Assembly: GCA_048886685.1 (NCBI GenBank) | Contig: JBHLKM010000006.1 | Span: 164,062 to 228,061 of the forward strand | Direction: 5' to 3' | Length of the DNA stretch: 64,000 bases | DNA from: Candidatus Hodarchaeota archaeon | GTDB taxonomy: Archaea; Asgardarchaeota; Lokiarchaeia; Sigyniarchaeales; SOKP01 | Part shown: positions 43,755-54,609 of the stretch, in pieces | How the letters are laid out: each line of letters starts with the position of its first letter | Numbering within the stretch: the first letter of the stretch is position 1 | Made by a program: the position numbers and the translations under genes | Notes under the pieces: model-generated | Told to the model about the DNA's origin: nothing | Database searches by the model: none | Seen by the model: the letters and a program-made list of their open reading frames with translations, nothing else

Positions 43755-44286
43755 ATGGTGTATCCCAATTTTTAAAGATTGGTTACAGGCTTTAGGAAAA
43801 TTGGATTATGTTCAAGGGAAAGCGAGACCAGATGTAGATTGTATCCTATGTTCTGTGAGAGATAATGATGAGCGTGTCGTATCTTTAAAGGTTTATGAAG
43901 ATGACTTATGTTTTATTGTTCTAAATTTATATCCATACAACCCTGGACATTTAATGATTGTAACTCAGAGGCACATAACAAAATTCCTTGAATTAACAAA
44001 AGAAGAATTACTGCATATAAATAGAGCAATACAAGGAATTCAGTTATTATTGAATGATTTATATAAACCCAAAGGTTATAATATTGGCTTTAATCAAGGA
44101 AAAACTGCAGGCGGTAGTATCCAACATCTGCATTTTCATTTGATTCCGAGATATGGGACGGAACTTGGATTTATTGATATAATTGGGAAAACTCGTGTAT
44201 TGCCTGAAGGTTTAGAGTCAGTAAAAAAGAAAATCAATGAGAATATTGATAAATACTTGAATAGAGAATTCTTTGAAAATTTCTAA
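43755..44286 (+). CDS. HIT-family (Ap4A/FHIT-like) hydrolase; N-terminus apparently +1 frameshifted at 43770-43775
   Basis: CILC, LNLYPYNPGHLM, GYNIGFNQG, HLHFHLIPR. Main frame is 43801..44286; the upstream ATG frame MVYPNF stops at TTT-TAA. Confidence 0.8.
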
Positions 44287-44342
44287 GTTCCAATAATAAA
44301 AAAGAAAAAAAATTTTCTTGAATAATTTAATACTGAAGTAGT

Positions 44343-44576
44343 CTATCGAGTCGCAGCGCGAATATCTGAAGCAGTAACTCGTTTACGCTTATCTGTTTTG
44401 CAGATTTTAATAGCCTCCTTTGTAGCATTTGCAGCACTGCTCTCAAGGAAGTCAATCAATTTATCTAAAGCTTCAGCTGCAACCAAATCGGCTCCTTCCT
44501 TTTTCATCAACCTTCTAATAGGAGCCTTGGCTATATACCCTTCAGATTTTTTAGCAGGAGCTTTCTTTTTAGCCAT
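44343..44576 (-). CDS. Archaeal histone with short Lys-rich N-terminal tail
   Basis: IAKAPIRRLMKKEGA..RKRVTASDI histone fold, preceded by MAKKKAPAKKSEG. Confidence 0.9.
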   Translation of the reverse strand: MAKKKAPAKKSEGYIAKAPIRRLMKKEGADLVAAEALDKLIDFLESSAANATKEAIKICKTDKRKRVTASDIRAATR

Positions 44577-44647
44577 TTTTATTCCTCCACTTTATTTTTA
44601 TAGGATTATTATTTAGATGTTAATTAATTATAACTACACATTTCTAT

Positions 44648-44655
44648 TATATAAA
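44648..44655 (-). promoter_or_regulatory. Probable TATA box of the histone gene
   Basis: Minus strand TTTATATA about 70 nt upstream of the ATG; SD-like GGAGGA precedes the start. Confidence 0.5.
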
Positions 44656-45143
44656 TGTTATGATTCGAATCGATAATCTCTTCATAGAAAATTTTCGAAT
44701 CGGTATGTTCGAAAATTAGATCGTTTTATTAATATGATATTAATTTCTAATAAAAATTATTTTTTAGTTTTGTCGGAAATAAATGCGTTATTTCTTAATT
44801 TTTCAAATTTTCACTTTTATTAATATTTCAATAAATCTTAACGAAAATTAGTCAACCCATTATTAACCATTGTCAAATTTTTATTCTAACCACAGTTCCA
44901 AAAAATCAAAGTGTAATGAAATTGAAACTTGAAAATAATGCAATTTAACTTTTTTAGATCTTATTATTTTTAACATGAAAAAGAAATGATTCAAGCATGA
45001 TCCAATAATAACATTCCTCGAATCTTTTTTGTCGAATTTTTTTCTAAAAAATAAAATTAAAATATAAGATGTTTGACTATTTCATTATAGTCGAAAAAAT
45101 AATTGCGTTTTTAAGATAGATTTCAAGATAATTTGGACTAAAC

Positions 45144-45980
45144 ATGAATGAACTAGAAGAATCTGAAATTGAGGAAGCACTTCAATCATTAAATTTTACC
45201 AAAAATGATTCAAAAGTACTGCTAACTTTATGTAAGTATAAGATATTAAGCCCTGCTGACATTGCAAAACATTCAGGGGTAGATAGAGCAAGGGTGTATG
45301 ATTCTTTAAATAGATTAATAGAGAAGGGCTTTATTCAAAAAGAACCAATTAAGAGAGGAGCCAATTACCAGGTAATTCCGATTGAAAGGATATTCAAGGT
45401 AATAAGGGAAGAATACAAGCAAAAAATTGAAGATACTTTAGTGCTTGAGAAAGCTATTGCTGATCTTGAGATTACTAAAGAAGAAACTGATCCCCGTGTT
45501 TGGGCAATAAGTAAAAGATCAAAAATTAGAAAAAAGATAAAAGAACTAATTAATAATGCTGAACATCGGATCTTTTTTATTATTACTCCTGACTTACTTA
45601 TGAATGAATTAGGAGGATACGAATGGATTTTACGAGAACTATGGAATAAAAAATTTTCTTCTGATGTCCAGGTTGTTATCGCTTTGAAATACAATGATAT
45701 TTTAAAAGAGGAAATTAAAAAATTACTGAAAATATCTGTAGTGATTCATTCAATAGAAGGAGACAGTGTATTACCTTTTGGTTTATTAATTGTCGATAAC
45801 CAATTTTTACTTACTACGCTTGATCAAGTAAAAGAAGCACCAGAATATACTTCAGGATTATGGTTAGAGAATGGTACTCCAAAACAGATTATAGGGTATG
45901 AGCATCTCTTTAAATATTTTATTACAAGCCAGTGCAAATTAATACAGTTAACTCCTAAAAAACCACAATATACAAGCTAA
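45144..45980 (+). CDS. TrmB-family transcriptional regulator
   Basis: LNFTKNDSKVL, ADIAKHSGVDRARVYDSLNRLIEKGFI; C-terminal effector domain (LLIVDN). Confidence 0.88.
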   Translation: MNELEESEIEEALQSLNFTKNDSKVLLTLCKYKILSPADIAKHSGVDRARVYDSLNRLIEKGFIQKEPIKRGANYQVIPIERIFKVIREEYKQKIEDTLVLEKAIADLEITKEETDPRVWAISKRSKIRKKIKELINNAEHRIFFIITPDLLMNELGGYEWILRELWNKKFSSDVQVVIALKYNDILKEEIKKLLKISVVIHSIEGDSVLPFGLLIVDNQFLLTTLDQVKEAPEYTSGLWLENGTPKQIIGYEHLFKYFITSQCKLIQLTPKKPQYTS

Positions 45981-46084
45981 AAATTATTTTAAAGTTATAA
46001 AATAATATTTATTTTACTTCAAAACAATAAATAACATAAGTCAAAAATTAGGATTAATAAAAAATATTAGGGGGTAATTTGGGT

Positions 46085-46642
46085 ATGTCATATCGCGGTA
46101 AAGTGATTCTCTGTGGGGATGCGGGTGTGGGAAAAACTAGTCTCTTAGCAAGGTATGTAGATGATTTATTCAAAGAAGAATATATACAAACTGTTGGAGC
46201 TAATTTTTTAATAAAGGAAATAGATTTAAGTATGATCCTAGATAAACTTGATCTAAAAAATCCAAATTTAAAGAAGGACATTAAGGAGAAGGGATTTAAA
46301 CTCTATTTTTGGGATATCGGGGGTCAAAAACAGTCTCTTTTCTCTACAGAATATTATTTCGTCCAAGCAGTTGGAGCTATGGTTATTTTTAGCTTAGATC
46401 AATCTGATTCTTTCAAAAATATTGATTTTTGGATATCGAAATTAAAAGAGTTAAGTGGTGATGTTCCATTTATTTTAGTTGGTAATAAAATCGATTTAAA
46501 AAGAAAAATAAATCAAGAAAAGATCGATAAAAAATTAAAGGAGTTAGGAGTACAATATTTTGAAACCTCCGCAAAATTAAATGAAAATGTCGATAAAGCT
46601 TTTGAGAGTCTTTCGGTCCAAATTTTGAATAATTTAAAATAG
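46085..46642 (+). CDS. Rab-like small GTPase
   Basis: KVILCGDAGVGKTS, TVGANF, WDIGGQ, VGNKID, ETSAK. No C-terminal prenylation Cys. Confidence 0.88.
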   Translation: MSYRGKVILCGDAGVGKTSLLARYVDDLFKEEYIQTVGANFLIKEIDLSMILDKLDLKNPNLKKDIKEKGFKLYFWDIGGQKQSLFSTEYYFVQAVGAMVIFSLDQSDSFKNIDFWISKLKELSGDVPFILVGNKIDLKRKINQEKIDKKLKELGVQYFETSAKLNENVDKAFESLSVQILNNLK

Positions 46643-46729
46643 GTACTAAATAATCTTAAATATTAAAGTTTATTTTTGTCTTTAAGATCTTCATTTTTTA
46701 TTTTAAGTGAGTGTAATTATCCAAAAATT

Positions 46730-47461
46730 ATGAGTACCTTATTGATTCCTGTCGCTCCTCTCTCAAGGACAAAATCACGTCTTAGGGATTGTTTTTCTGT
46801 TGAAAAACTTAAAGATTTTACTATGGCAATGTTTAAAGATCTTGCCAAAACTTTAACTGAAGTAAGATGTTTCGAACATAAAATTGTATATTGCCATGCT
46901 TCAGAAATTCTGAAAATTGCAGAAGATTTTGGTTTAATTGCTATTAAAGAAGAATTATCAGACGTTCCAAAATCTTTTGATGAGGTTATAAACGATTTAA
47001 ATAATATTGCAGTAAAAAAATTCAATGCTAATCAGACAACTATTACATTCTTAGATTTAATTTTAATTACTTCAAAAAATTTTTATGAAATCAATGCTCT
47101 TTTAAAAGAAAATCAATTAGTAGTTTGCCCAGCAATCCATTCTGCCGGTGTTTCAATATTAGGTAGAAATCCGCCTGATATTATACCATCCTTTTTTTCA
47201 GATCCAAATACACCTTCATTAGTAGCTTTACTCAAAAATGCTAATAGTAAAGGTATAGAAAAGCTGGTAATATATGATTCTTTTAGAGCTGGTTTTGATA
47301 TTGACGTTAAGCAGGATTTAGTTCTAGCTTATGAATATCTAAAAATATTCAATTTGAAAAACAGGGAAGTCTTTAAATTCCTGAAAAATAATCTCAAACT
47401 CTCGCTTAAAAAAAGAAATGCGTTTGACAATCGTACTTTCGATATAATAGAAAAAAAATAA
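46730..47461 (+). CDS. CofC-like guanylyltransferase (F420 biosynthesis)
   Basis: LIPVAPLSRTKSRL, AMFKD, FDIDVKQDL. Confidence 0.65.
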   Translation: MSTLLIPVAPLSRTKSRLRDCFSVEKLKDFTMAMFKDLAKTLTEVRCFEHKIVYCHASEILKIAEDFGLIAIKEELSDVPKSFDEVINDLNNIAVKKFNANQTTITFLDLILITSKNFYEINALLKENQLVVCPAIHSAGVSILGRNPPDIIPSFFSDPNTPSLVALLKNANSKGIEKLVIYDSFRAGFDIDVKQDLVLAYEYLKIFNLKNREVFKFLKNNLKLSLKKRNAFDNRTFDIIEKK

Positions 47462-47464
47462 CCT

Positions 47465-48697
47465 TTAAAAAGTAAATACAATATTTAATTTTACTTGTTC
47501 TCCTAACCTTTCCTCTACCTGGGTTTGAAACTCCTCTCGTTCATTTTTTAGAGAATTTAAGTATCTAGTATAATCTTTGTTTTTTCTTTCATAGTCATTA
47601 CTAGCGTGCTCGAGTTTAATTGTATTAATTGAAATTTCATTTTTCAATTCCTCTAACTTCTCATCTAAACCTGCTAATTGGATTTTCTTTTCCACTGATT
47701 TTATTTCTTCTCTAAGCTGTAAGTATTTTTCGATATTAGTCTGAAGTATTTTTTCATCAAAGATTGCATTTATATGTTCAATAGTTTTCTGTTTAGTGTC
47801 CGTTTTAAGGTTCAACTTGTTTTCTTCTAGAGCATGCCTTAATTGGACCATTAAACTTGTGAATTTTGGCAAATCTTTCCTTTCAGCAGCAAGTATTTTA
47901 ATCGGGTTTTTAAGAAAATCTTTTAAGTAATTTAAGTCAATATTAGGAACGTGAAGATTTCCTTTTTCTAATTCAAATCTAAATTTTTTTAATGCTTTTT
48001 TGAAACCAATTTCATCATTTATTTTAATTTGTAGCTGAAAAAGATCATCTTTTTCAATCTCTAGCTGTTTAAATAGATCATTTTTTTCAAGTTCTATAAG
48101 TTCAGTATTTAACTCATCTTGTTTCTTTTTTCTCTCCTCCAATTCAATTTCAAACTGATCTAAGTCGGATTTAGCATGCTCAATATTTTCTTTTAGGATA
48201 AAAATCTTGGGTAACTTCTTTAACAAATACTCGGCTTCTTTTACATCATTATATTTCTTTCTTAAAAATTCGTCTAATTCACCTTGTTTTTTGCCTAATT
48301 TGCGAGTGATATAGTTTAATTCTTTAATTTGAGGTTGAACTTCTTTCTGAAATTTTGGCAATGATTTTCTTGCAATTTCACTTATGCTTGTAAATAATTT
48401 TTTAATCGAATTTAATAAATCTAATGTGTTATCATAGGTAATTTCCTCTTCAGGAATCTCGATCTCATCTATTTCTTTTCTTATTCTATCTGAGAAGAAG
48501 TGAAGGGATTTCTGAGCCTTTTGATCAATTTTTTCTTCTCCAACTTCTAAAAAATGATCTAAACATACTTTTATTTCGACTAAATTATCTCTAATTTCTA
48601 AAATTAGTTTTTTAAGAGCCTTTTTTATTTTAGAAAACAGAGAATTAAGCTTTTCAGTATAAAATTCTTCAAAATCATCTAAATTTTTTTCGATCAT
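47465..48697 (-). CDS. Coiled-coil hypothetical protein
   Basis: 410-aa Glu/Lys-rich helical ORF, co-oriented with serS. Confidence 0.7.
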   Translation of the reverse strand: MIEKNLDDFEEFYTEKLNSLFSKIKKALKKLILEIRDNLVEIKVCLDHFLEVGEEKIDQKAQKSLHFFSDRIRKEIDEIEIPEEEITYDNTLDLLNSIKKLFTSISEIARKSLPKFQKEVQPQIKELNYITRKLGKKQGELDEFLRKKYNDVKEAEYLLKKLPKIFILKENIEHAKSDLDQFEIELEERKKKQDELNTELIELEKNDLFKQLEIEKDDLFQLQIKINDEIGFKKALKKFRFELEKGNLHVPNIDLNYLKDFLKNPIKILAAERKDLPKFTSLMVQLRHALEENKLNLKTDTKQKTIEHINAIFDEKILQTNIEKYLQLREEIKSVEKKIQLAGLDEKLEELKNEISINTIKLEHASNDYERKNKDYTRYLNSLKNEREEFQTQVEERLGEQVKLNIVFTF

Positions 48698-48715
48698 TTT
48701 ATATTCTAATAAGAT

Positions 48716-50005
48716 CTATTTTATTGGTTTAATAATCTTTCTGCCATTCATATATTTTTGAAGTACTTTAGGAATGGATATTGAATGGTCTTCTAGCTGG
48801 TAATTTTCTAAAATACAACAAATGGTTCGTGGAGTTGCTATTGCTGTTGAATTTAGAGTGTGCAATATTTCCTTAGCCTGATCACTACCAACTTTACCCA
48901 TTCTAATTTTCAACTTTCTTGCTTGATAGTCTAAGCAATTACTACACGACACTAATTCACGATATGTTTCTGAGGCAGGAAACCACACTTCTAAATCATA
49001 TTTCTTTGCGGCGGTATCATTTAATTCTCCAGAAGCAATATTTGCTATTCTATAAGGAAGTTCCAAATCTTTATAAATTTCTTCAGCATTTACTAGCAAT
49101 TCCTCATGGTATTTCCATGAATCTTCAGGTTTACAGAAAATAAATTGCTCTACTTTCTCAAAACGGTGCACCCGGAATATGCCTAATGTATCTTTTCCGT
49201 GTGATCCTGCTTCTCTTCTAAAACAGGAAGATATTCCTGCATATTTCAATGGTAATTGCTCTGGATCTATAATTTCATCATAATGATAACCCGCTAATGT
49301 CTGTTCTGAAGTAGTAATCATATAAAGATCTTCTCCCTCTATTTTATAAAGTGAATCTTCAAAAACTTCTAATTCTGCTGCTGCTTTCATAACCTCGTGT
49401 TTAGTGAAGAAAGGAGTCCACATTGGAATATAATTTTTATTAGTAAGCTTATCTAACGCAAATTGTAATAATGCTAGATTTAGATGAACAATATCTCCCT
49501 TAAGGTAATAGAATCTTGATCCTACTATCTCTGATGCCTTTTTTATATCTGCTCCATCAATTATAGAGATTAAATCAACATGTGACAGTGGTTTAAACCC
49601 GAATTTTGGAATTTCACCAACAACTCTTACAATTTCATTCTCCTCTTCAGTTTCACCAATAGGCACTGAATCATGTAATATATTTCCTACTATATAGCGA
49701 TAATTTTCTCGTTGGTCAAAAAAATCAGTTCTTTGTTTTTCTAACTCGTCTATTTCTGTTTTTATTTCCTTAGATTTTTTAATTGCTTCCTCTGCTTTTT
49801 TAGTTTCTCCCTCTTTCCTCAATTCCCCTATTTGAGCAGAAATATCATTTCGCTGTTTCCTTAAATCTTGCAATCGCTGTAAGACTTCTCGCCACTTAAT
49901 ATCATACTCTAAAACTTTTTCCGCATTTGAAGGATCCTTAAATCGTCTCTTTTCTGATTCGATTATTTTTTCAAGATTTGTTCGAAATAACTCTATATCA
50001 AGCAT
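48716..50005 (-). CDS. serS: Serine--tRNA ligase
   Basis: MLDI, TSEQ, CFRREAGSHGKDTLGIFRVHRFEKVEQF, ELVSCSNC, HTLNSTAIA. Confidence 0.97.
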   Translation of the reverse strand: MLDIELFRTNLEKIIESEKRRFKDPSNAEKVLEYDIKWREVLQRLQDLRKQRNDISAQIGELRKEGETKKAEEAIKKSKEIKTEIDELEKQRTDFFDQRENYRYIVGNILHDSVPIGETEEENEIVRVVGEIPKFGFKPLSHVDLISIIDGADIKKASEIVGSRFYYLKGDIVHLNLALLQFALDKLTNKNYIPMWTPFFTKHEVMKAAAELEVFEDSLYKIEGEDLYMITTSEQTLAGYHYDEIIDPEQLPLKYAGISSCFRREAGSHGKDTLGIFRVHRFEKVEQFIFCKPEDSWKYHEELLVNAEEIYKDLELPYRIANIASGELNDTAAKKYDLEVWFPASETYRELVSCSNCLDYQARKLKIRMGKVGSDQAKEILHTLNSTAIATPRTICCILENYQLEDHSISIPKVLQKYMNGRKIIKPIK

Positions 50006-50040
50006 TTTAAAGCCCCATTATTGTTTTAGAAAAAATTTTT

Positions 50041-50226
50041 TTATTCATGGTGAATCCTGTCAGTGATAGTAGAACGAGCTAAGGCGGTTTTAATCTTTCC
50101 CTTATCATATCCAACAGTCTCAATAATTTTCATAATTTTTATTCTTCTAGCTTTACCCTTCAAACCTTCTTCTGCCATAAATTCCTTAGCGAATTCTTCT
50201 TTCTTAGCATCTTCTTGTTGTGCCAT
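50041..50226 (-). CDS. Small hypothetical protein
   Basis: ATG at 50226, MAQQEDAKKEEFAKEFMAEEGLKGKARRIKIM..; protein-like composition, co-oriented with serS. Confidence 0.65.
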   Translation of the reverse strand: MAQQEDAKKEEFAKEFMAEEGLKGKARRIKIMKIIETVGYDKGKIKTALARSTITDRIHHE

Positions 50227-50339
50227 ATAAATTAGTAATTCTGAATTATTTTTCAATTATTCTATCATAGAAAGTAAATATTGCATTTCTTCCATAGTTC
50301 ATACATAAAAAATATATAAGAAATCTTACTGATCGATTT

Positions 50340-52313
50340 ATGAAATTCAAACAAAAAACCTTAGTTTACTTAATTATTGGAATATTAAGTGCTACAACTA
50401 TATTGGGAACTATATTCTCACTAAATGGTATTCAAATTATCAATTTTTATGAAGAGACCGAGTTGATTACTTACCCATTATGTTCAGATTATGAACAGTA
50501 TTCACAAGGCAATTTTTCTGGTGTTGAGTTCTCATCTTATAACCTTTCGGTTTTTCTAGACGAAAATACCTCAACTGTAGCAGGAAATCTAACGGTAGAT
50601 TATTACAATAATGATCCTGTTAATTTTACTCAAATACCATTCCATATATATGCTTCTGGAATGAGATATGAAAAGAGACCTGGATATATTGAAATTCTAA
50701 ATGTAACAACATTAGAAGAACCTAAAAAAGAATTAGCATTCGATTTTCTTAATAGTTCTCAATTAATGCGGGTAAATTTAACTAGCGATTTAGAACCTAA
50801 AAACCGTACTTCTTTTATAATCTCCTTTAACACGACCCTGCCTGATGGTGGTATAGATCGAGCAAGCGATCACGGTACAGACACTAACACCTCTCGCATT
50901 TTCAAATTTGCAGCATGTTATCCATTACCATGTGTATATGATGAGTTTGATGAATGGAATATAGATCCTTATCTTTTAACTGGTGATCCTTTCTATTATG
51001 ACATGGCATATTATGATTTCATTATCAATGTACCTGAAAATATGGTTGTTGCTGCTACAGGAGAATTACTAGAAAATACGACTGCTGGAGGAAGAACAAT
51101 TCATCACTACAATCCACATCTTCCAGTAAGAGAGGTGACCTTTTCAGCCTCTCGTTATTTTGAAGTAGAAACATTTTTTATTCCTGATGCTAATATTACT
51201 GTTTCCACTTATTTTCTTAATCATTCAGATTGGTTATGGGTGGGAAATGCTATAACATACGCGTTAAATGCTGGTGATTTATTTTATAACACATTAGGAA
51301 TATATCCCTATTCTACTTTTAATGTCGTTCAAGAATACACTAAGTTTGGAGGAATGGAATATCCTTTACAAGTATATGTTTCCACAGCAGCGGAATTTGC
51401 TAAAAATCCATATGGATATCTTGAATCGGTTATTGTTCATGAATCAGCTCACCAATGGTTTTACAATCTGGTTGGAATTGATGAAGTTGACTGGGGTTTC
51501 TTAGATGAAGGCATTGTATGTTGGCTTACTGATTGGTATATAGATATTGTTCACCCAGAGTGGGGCTATTTTGATCCTTATTATTGGGGATTATATAACG
51601 TTAGACATTATTCTCTAGATTACGGATTACCAAACAAGATTAATCAATCTATCCCTGAATGTTTTATAAGTGGTACCAATTATTGGTACTTAGGTTATAC
51701 TAAAACAAATACAATTCTTGAAAAGTTAAGGCAAACAATTAACCATACAAACTTCATTGAAGGTCTTGCATATTTTTTCCAGGATAATTATTTTGAAATA
51801 GCAGATTTAACTGATTTTCAACATGCATTTGAAACGGTAGTAGAAGGCTCTCTTGACTGGTTCTTTTTTCCATGGTTTGATAATCCTTACCTCCCTAAAT
51901 ACAACTTTACTAAGGTAATATATGATGCTACGAGTAAGATAATCAATATTACAATTGAAGATGTCAATGAACCATTAAATCAGTATAGTTATTCACAACA
52001 AGTTCCAATAGAGATATATGACGTTAATTCAACTTTAATATTCTCTGATACCGAATGGATTAATGGTACTACCAACTTATTAATTCAACTTGGTAAAACC
52101 CCTGATCGAGTAGTATTAAATTATGATGGTTTTGTTCTTGTCCAATTTTCAGATTATGACTTGGATTACTTAGAAACTACTGATATAAAAATTATAAATA
52201 AACCAAAGCGACAAATTCCGGGTTACAACATTATAATCGTTCTTCTTACCTTTAGTTCAGTAGGATTAATAGTAATAATAAATAAGAAAATCCTAATTTC
52301 CAAGAATAGATAA
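50340..52313 (+). CDS. M1-family zinc aminopeptidase with N-terminal signal and C-terminal Loki-CTERM-like anchor
   Basis: GGMEYP, HESAHQWF, FLDEG; C-terminal IPGY plus TM plus basic tail. Confidence 0.88.
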   Translation: MKFKQKTLVYLIIGILSATTILGTIFSLNGIQIINFYEETELITYPLCSDYEQYSQGNFSGVEFSSYNLSVFLDENTSTVAGNLTVDYYNNDPVNFTQIPFHIYASGMRYEKRPGYIEILNVTTLEEPKKELAFDFLNSSQLMRVNLTSDLEPKNRTSFIISFNTTLPDGGIDRASDHGTDTNTSRIFKFAACYPLPCVYDEFDEWNIDPYLLTGDPFYYDMAYYDFIINVPENMVVAATGELLENTTAGGRTIHHYNPHLPVREVTFSASRYFEVETFFIPDANITVSTYFLNHSDWLWVGNAITYALNAGDLFYNTLGIYPYSTFNVVQEYTKFGGMEYPLQVYVSTAAEFAKNPYGYLESVIVHESAHQWFYNLVGIDEVDWGFLDEGIVCWLTDWYIDIVHPEWGYFDPYYWGLYNVRHYSLDYGLPNKINQSIPECFISGTNYWYLGYTKTNTILEKLRQTINHTNFIEGLAYFFQDNYFEIADLTDFQHAFETVVEGSLDWFFFPWFDNPYLPKYNFTKVIYDATSKIINITIEDVNEPLNQYSYSQQVPIEIYDVNSTLIFSDTEWINGTTNLLIQLGKTPDRVVLNYDGFVLVQFSDYDLDYLETTDIKIINKPKRQIPGYNIIIVLLTFSSVGLIVIINKKILISKNR

Positions 52314-52575
52314 ATCCAATCTTTTTTTTATTTTTAATTTAGAAATTGTCTTAAACATTAACTTATATTCAGATGAATTGACTATAAAGATCTCCATTGA
52401 TAAAAGAATGTATAAAATTCTCTATTTTTTTCAAACTCTTTTATCAAAATTGAAATTATGAAATCTAATCAGAAAAAATAAATTATTTCCATTATTTAAT
52501 CAACCAATAAGATATGATGTAATATTTCAAACTAACAAAAAAGATTTGGTGAAGTTTTACTAAAAGGTGAATTAG

Positions 52576-54588
52576 TTGTCTGATAAACAGACCAAGGATG
52601 AACCAAGAATCGGAGTTTATGTATGTAGATGAGGGGTAAATATCGGTGCTGCTGTTGACTGTGATGCTGTAAGAGATTATGTAGAGAGAAATGCTGCAAA
52701 AAATAATGTTGTTATTGCGCGAGTAAATGATTTTACATGTAGTGATCCGGGTCAGAATATAATAAGAAATGATATCCTCGACTTAGATCTAAATCGAGTT
52801 GTGGTTGCTGCTTGTACGCCAAAAATTCATGAACCAACTTATAGAGCGGTTTTAGCAGAAGCAGGATTAAGTCCCTATTATTTTCAGATGGTCAATCTTC
52901 GAGAGCATTGTTCCTTTGTACACGCTAAAGATCGAGAAGGAGCTACAGAAAAAGCTATAAGACTTGTTCAAGCTGGTATAAATCGCGCTAAAGAATTAGA
53001 AACTATACCAAGAAAAGAAATCCCTGTGGAAAAAGCAGTTTTAGTTGTGGGAGCAGGAATTGCTGGAATGAATGCAGCACTAGATCTCGCTAATCAAGGA
53101 ATTCCTGTCTATTTAGTTGAAAAGGAAGCTACTATTGGTGGAAAAATGGCACAATTAGATAGAATATATCCAACTGACGACTGTGGAATATGAGTTCTAG
53201 CACCAATAATGGTAAATGCTTCAAAACATCCAAACATAAATTTATTTACGTATAGCGATGTTGTAGAATTTACGGGAATACCCGGAGATTATAACGTCAA
53301 GATTAGAAAGAATGCTCGTTACGTTGACGAAAGCAAGTGTACTGGATGTGGATTATGTACAACCAAATGCCCTATTAAAGTTCCTAGTGAATTTGATAGA
53401 GGTATTGGTGAAAGAAGAGCTATTTATATCCCTTTTCCCCAGGCTGTACCAAAACTAGCTGTTATGGATAGAACTGTCTGTATTGACTGTAAAAACTGTG
53501 AGAGAACTTGTCCCGCAGAAGCTATTGATTTTGAACAAGAAACTGAATACATTGATGTCAAAGTCGGAGCAGCAATTATTGCCACTGGATGGGACGAATA
53601 TCCAATATGGGAGTCAAATGAATACAATTATGGATACTATCCTGATGTCATTACACAAATAGAGCTAGAAAGATTGTTAAGTCCTATAGGGCCTACAGGA
53701 GGACATGTTTATAGAGTTTCTAGCGGAGAAACACCCAAAACTATTGTAATGATTCAATGTGTAGGTTCCAGAGATGTAAATGCTAATCCATATTGCTCGT
53801 TCGTTTGTTGTAACGTTGCACTTAAGAATGCTCAATTACTCAAGCAAGAATATCCTGATATGGATGTAATTATGTTCTATATCGATATTCGAACAACTGA
53901 TAAAGGTAATGAAGAATATTATAGAAAAATACGTGAATCAGGTGTACGAATGATTAGAGGAAAAGTAGGCGAAATAATTGAAGATAAAAAAACTAACAAG
54001 TTAAAAGTTCGAGCATATTCGTCTTTAACTGGTGAGATTATAAAAATCGATGCTGATTTAGTTGTTTTATCAACAGGAATGGTACCTTCAAAAGGAACTG
54101 AAGAAATGATTGAGGTAATGGGATTAAGTAAAGGTCCAGGAGGCTTCCTTTCAGAAATCCATGGATGTTTAAGCCCACAGGAAACTAAAGACGTAGGAAT
54201 TTATATTGCTGGATGTGCTGCGGGTCCAAAAAATATTCCTTATTCTGTATCTTCAGCGTTAGCTGCTGCAAGTAAAGCATCGACTCTCCTATCCCACGAT
54301 ACGTATAATCAAGAGTTAATCATTGCTGAAGTAGATGAAGATCTTTGTATGGGGTGTCATAGGTGCGAGAAACTATGTTCCTATGAAGCAATAAAGGTTA
54401 ATGAAGATGAGATTGCTGAAGTTGATGATCTAAAATGTAAAGGATGTGGTGTGTGTATATCATCTTGTCCAGCTAGAGCTATTGACCTAAAATACTATCG
54501 CGATGAACAATTTGCTCAAGAAATTAAAGGTATTAGCTGTAGTGAAGTTGAAACAATAGAAAAAATTTCTGAGAGTATTGAAGAATAA
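52576..54588 (+). CDS. hdrA: Heterodisulfide reductase subunit A, selenoprotein (UGA at 52630 and 53191)
   Basis: One frame from TTG 52576 (SD AGGTGA): RIGVYVCR-UGA-GVNI and TDDCGI-UGA-VLAP, both at conserved Cys positions; VVGAGIAG; ferredoxin motifs; QCVGSRD..YCSFVCC. Confidence 0.92.
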
Positions 54589-54609
54589 ACAATTTAGAGG
54601 TTAATAATA

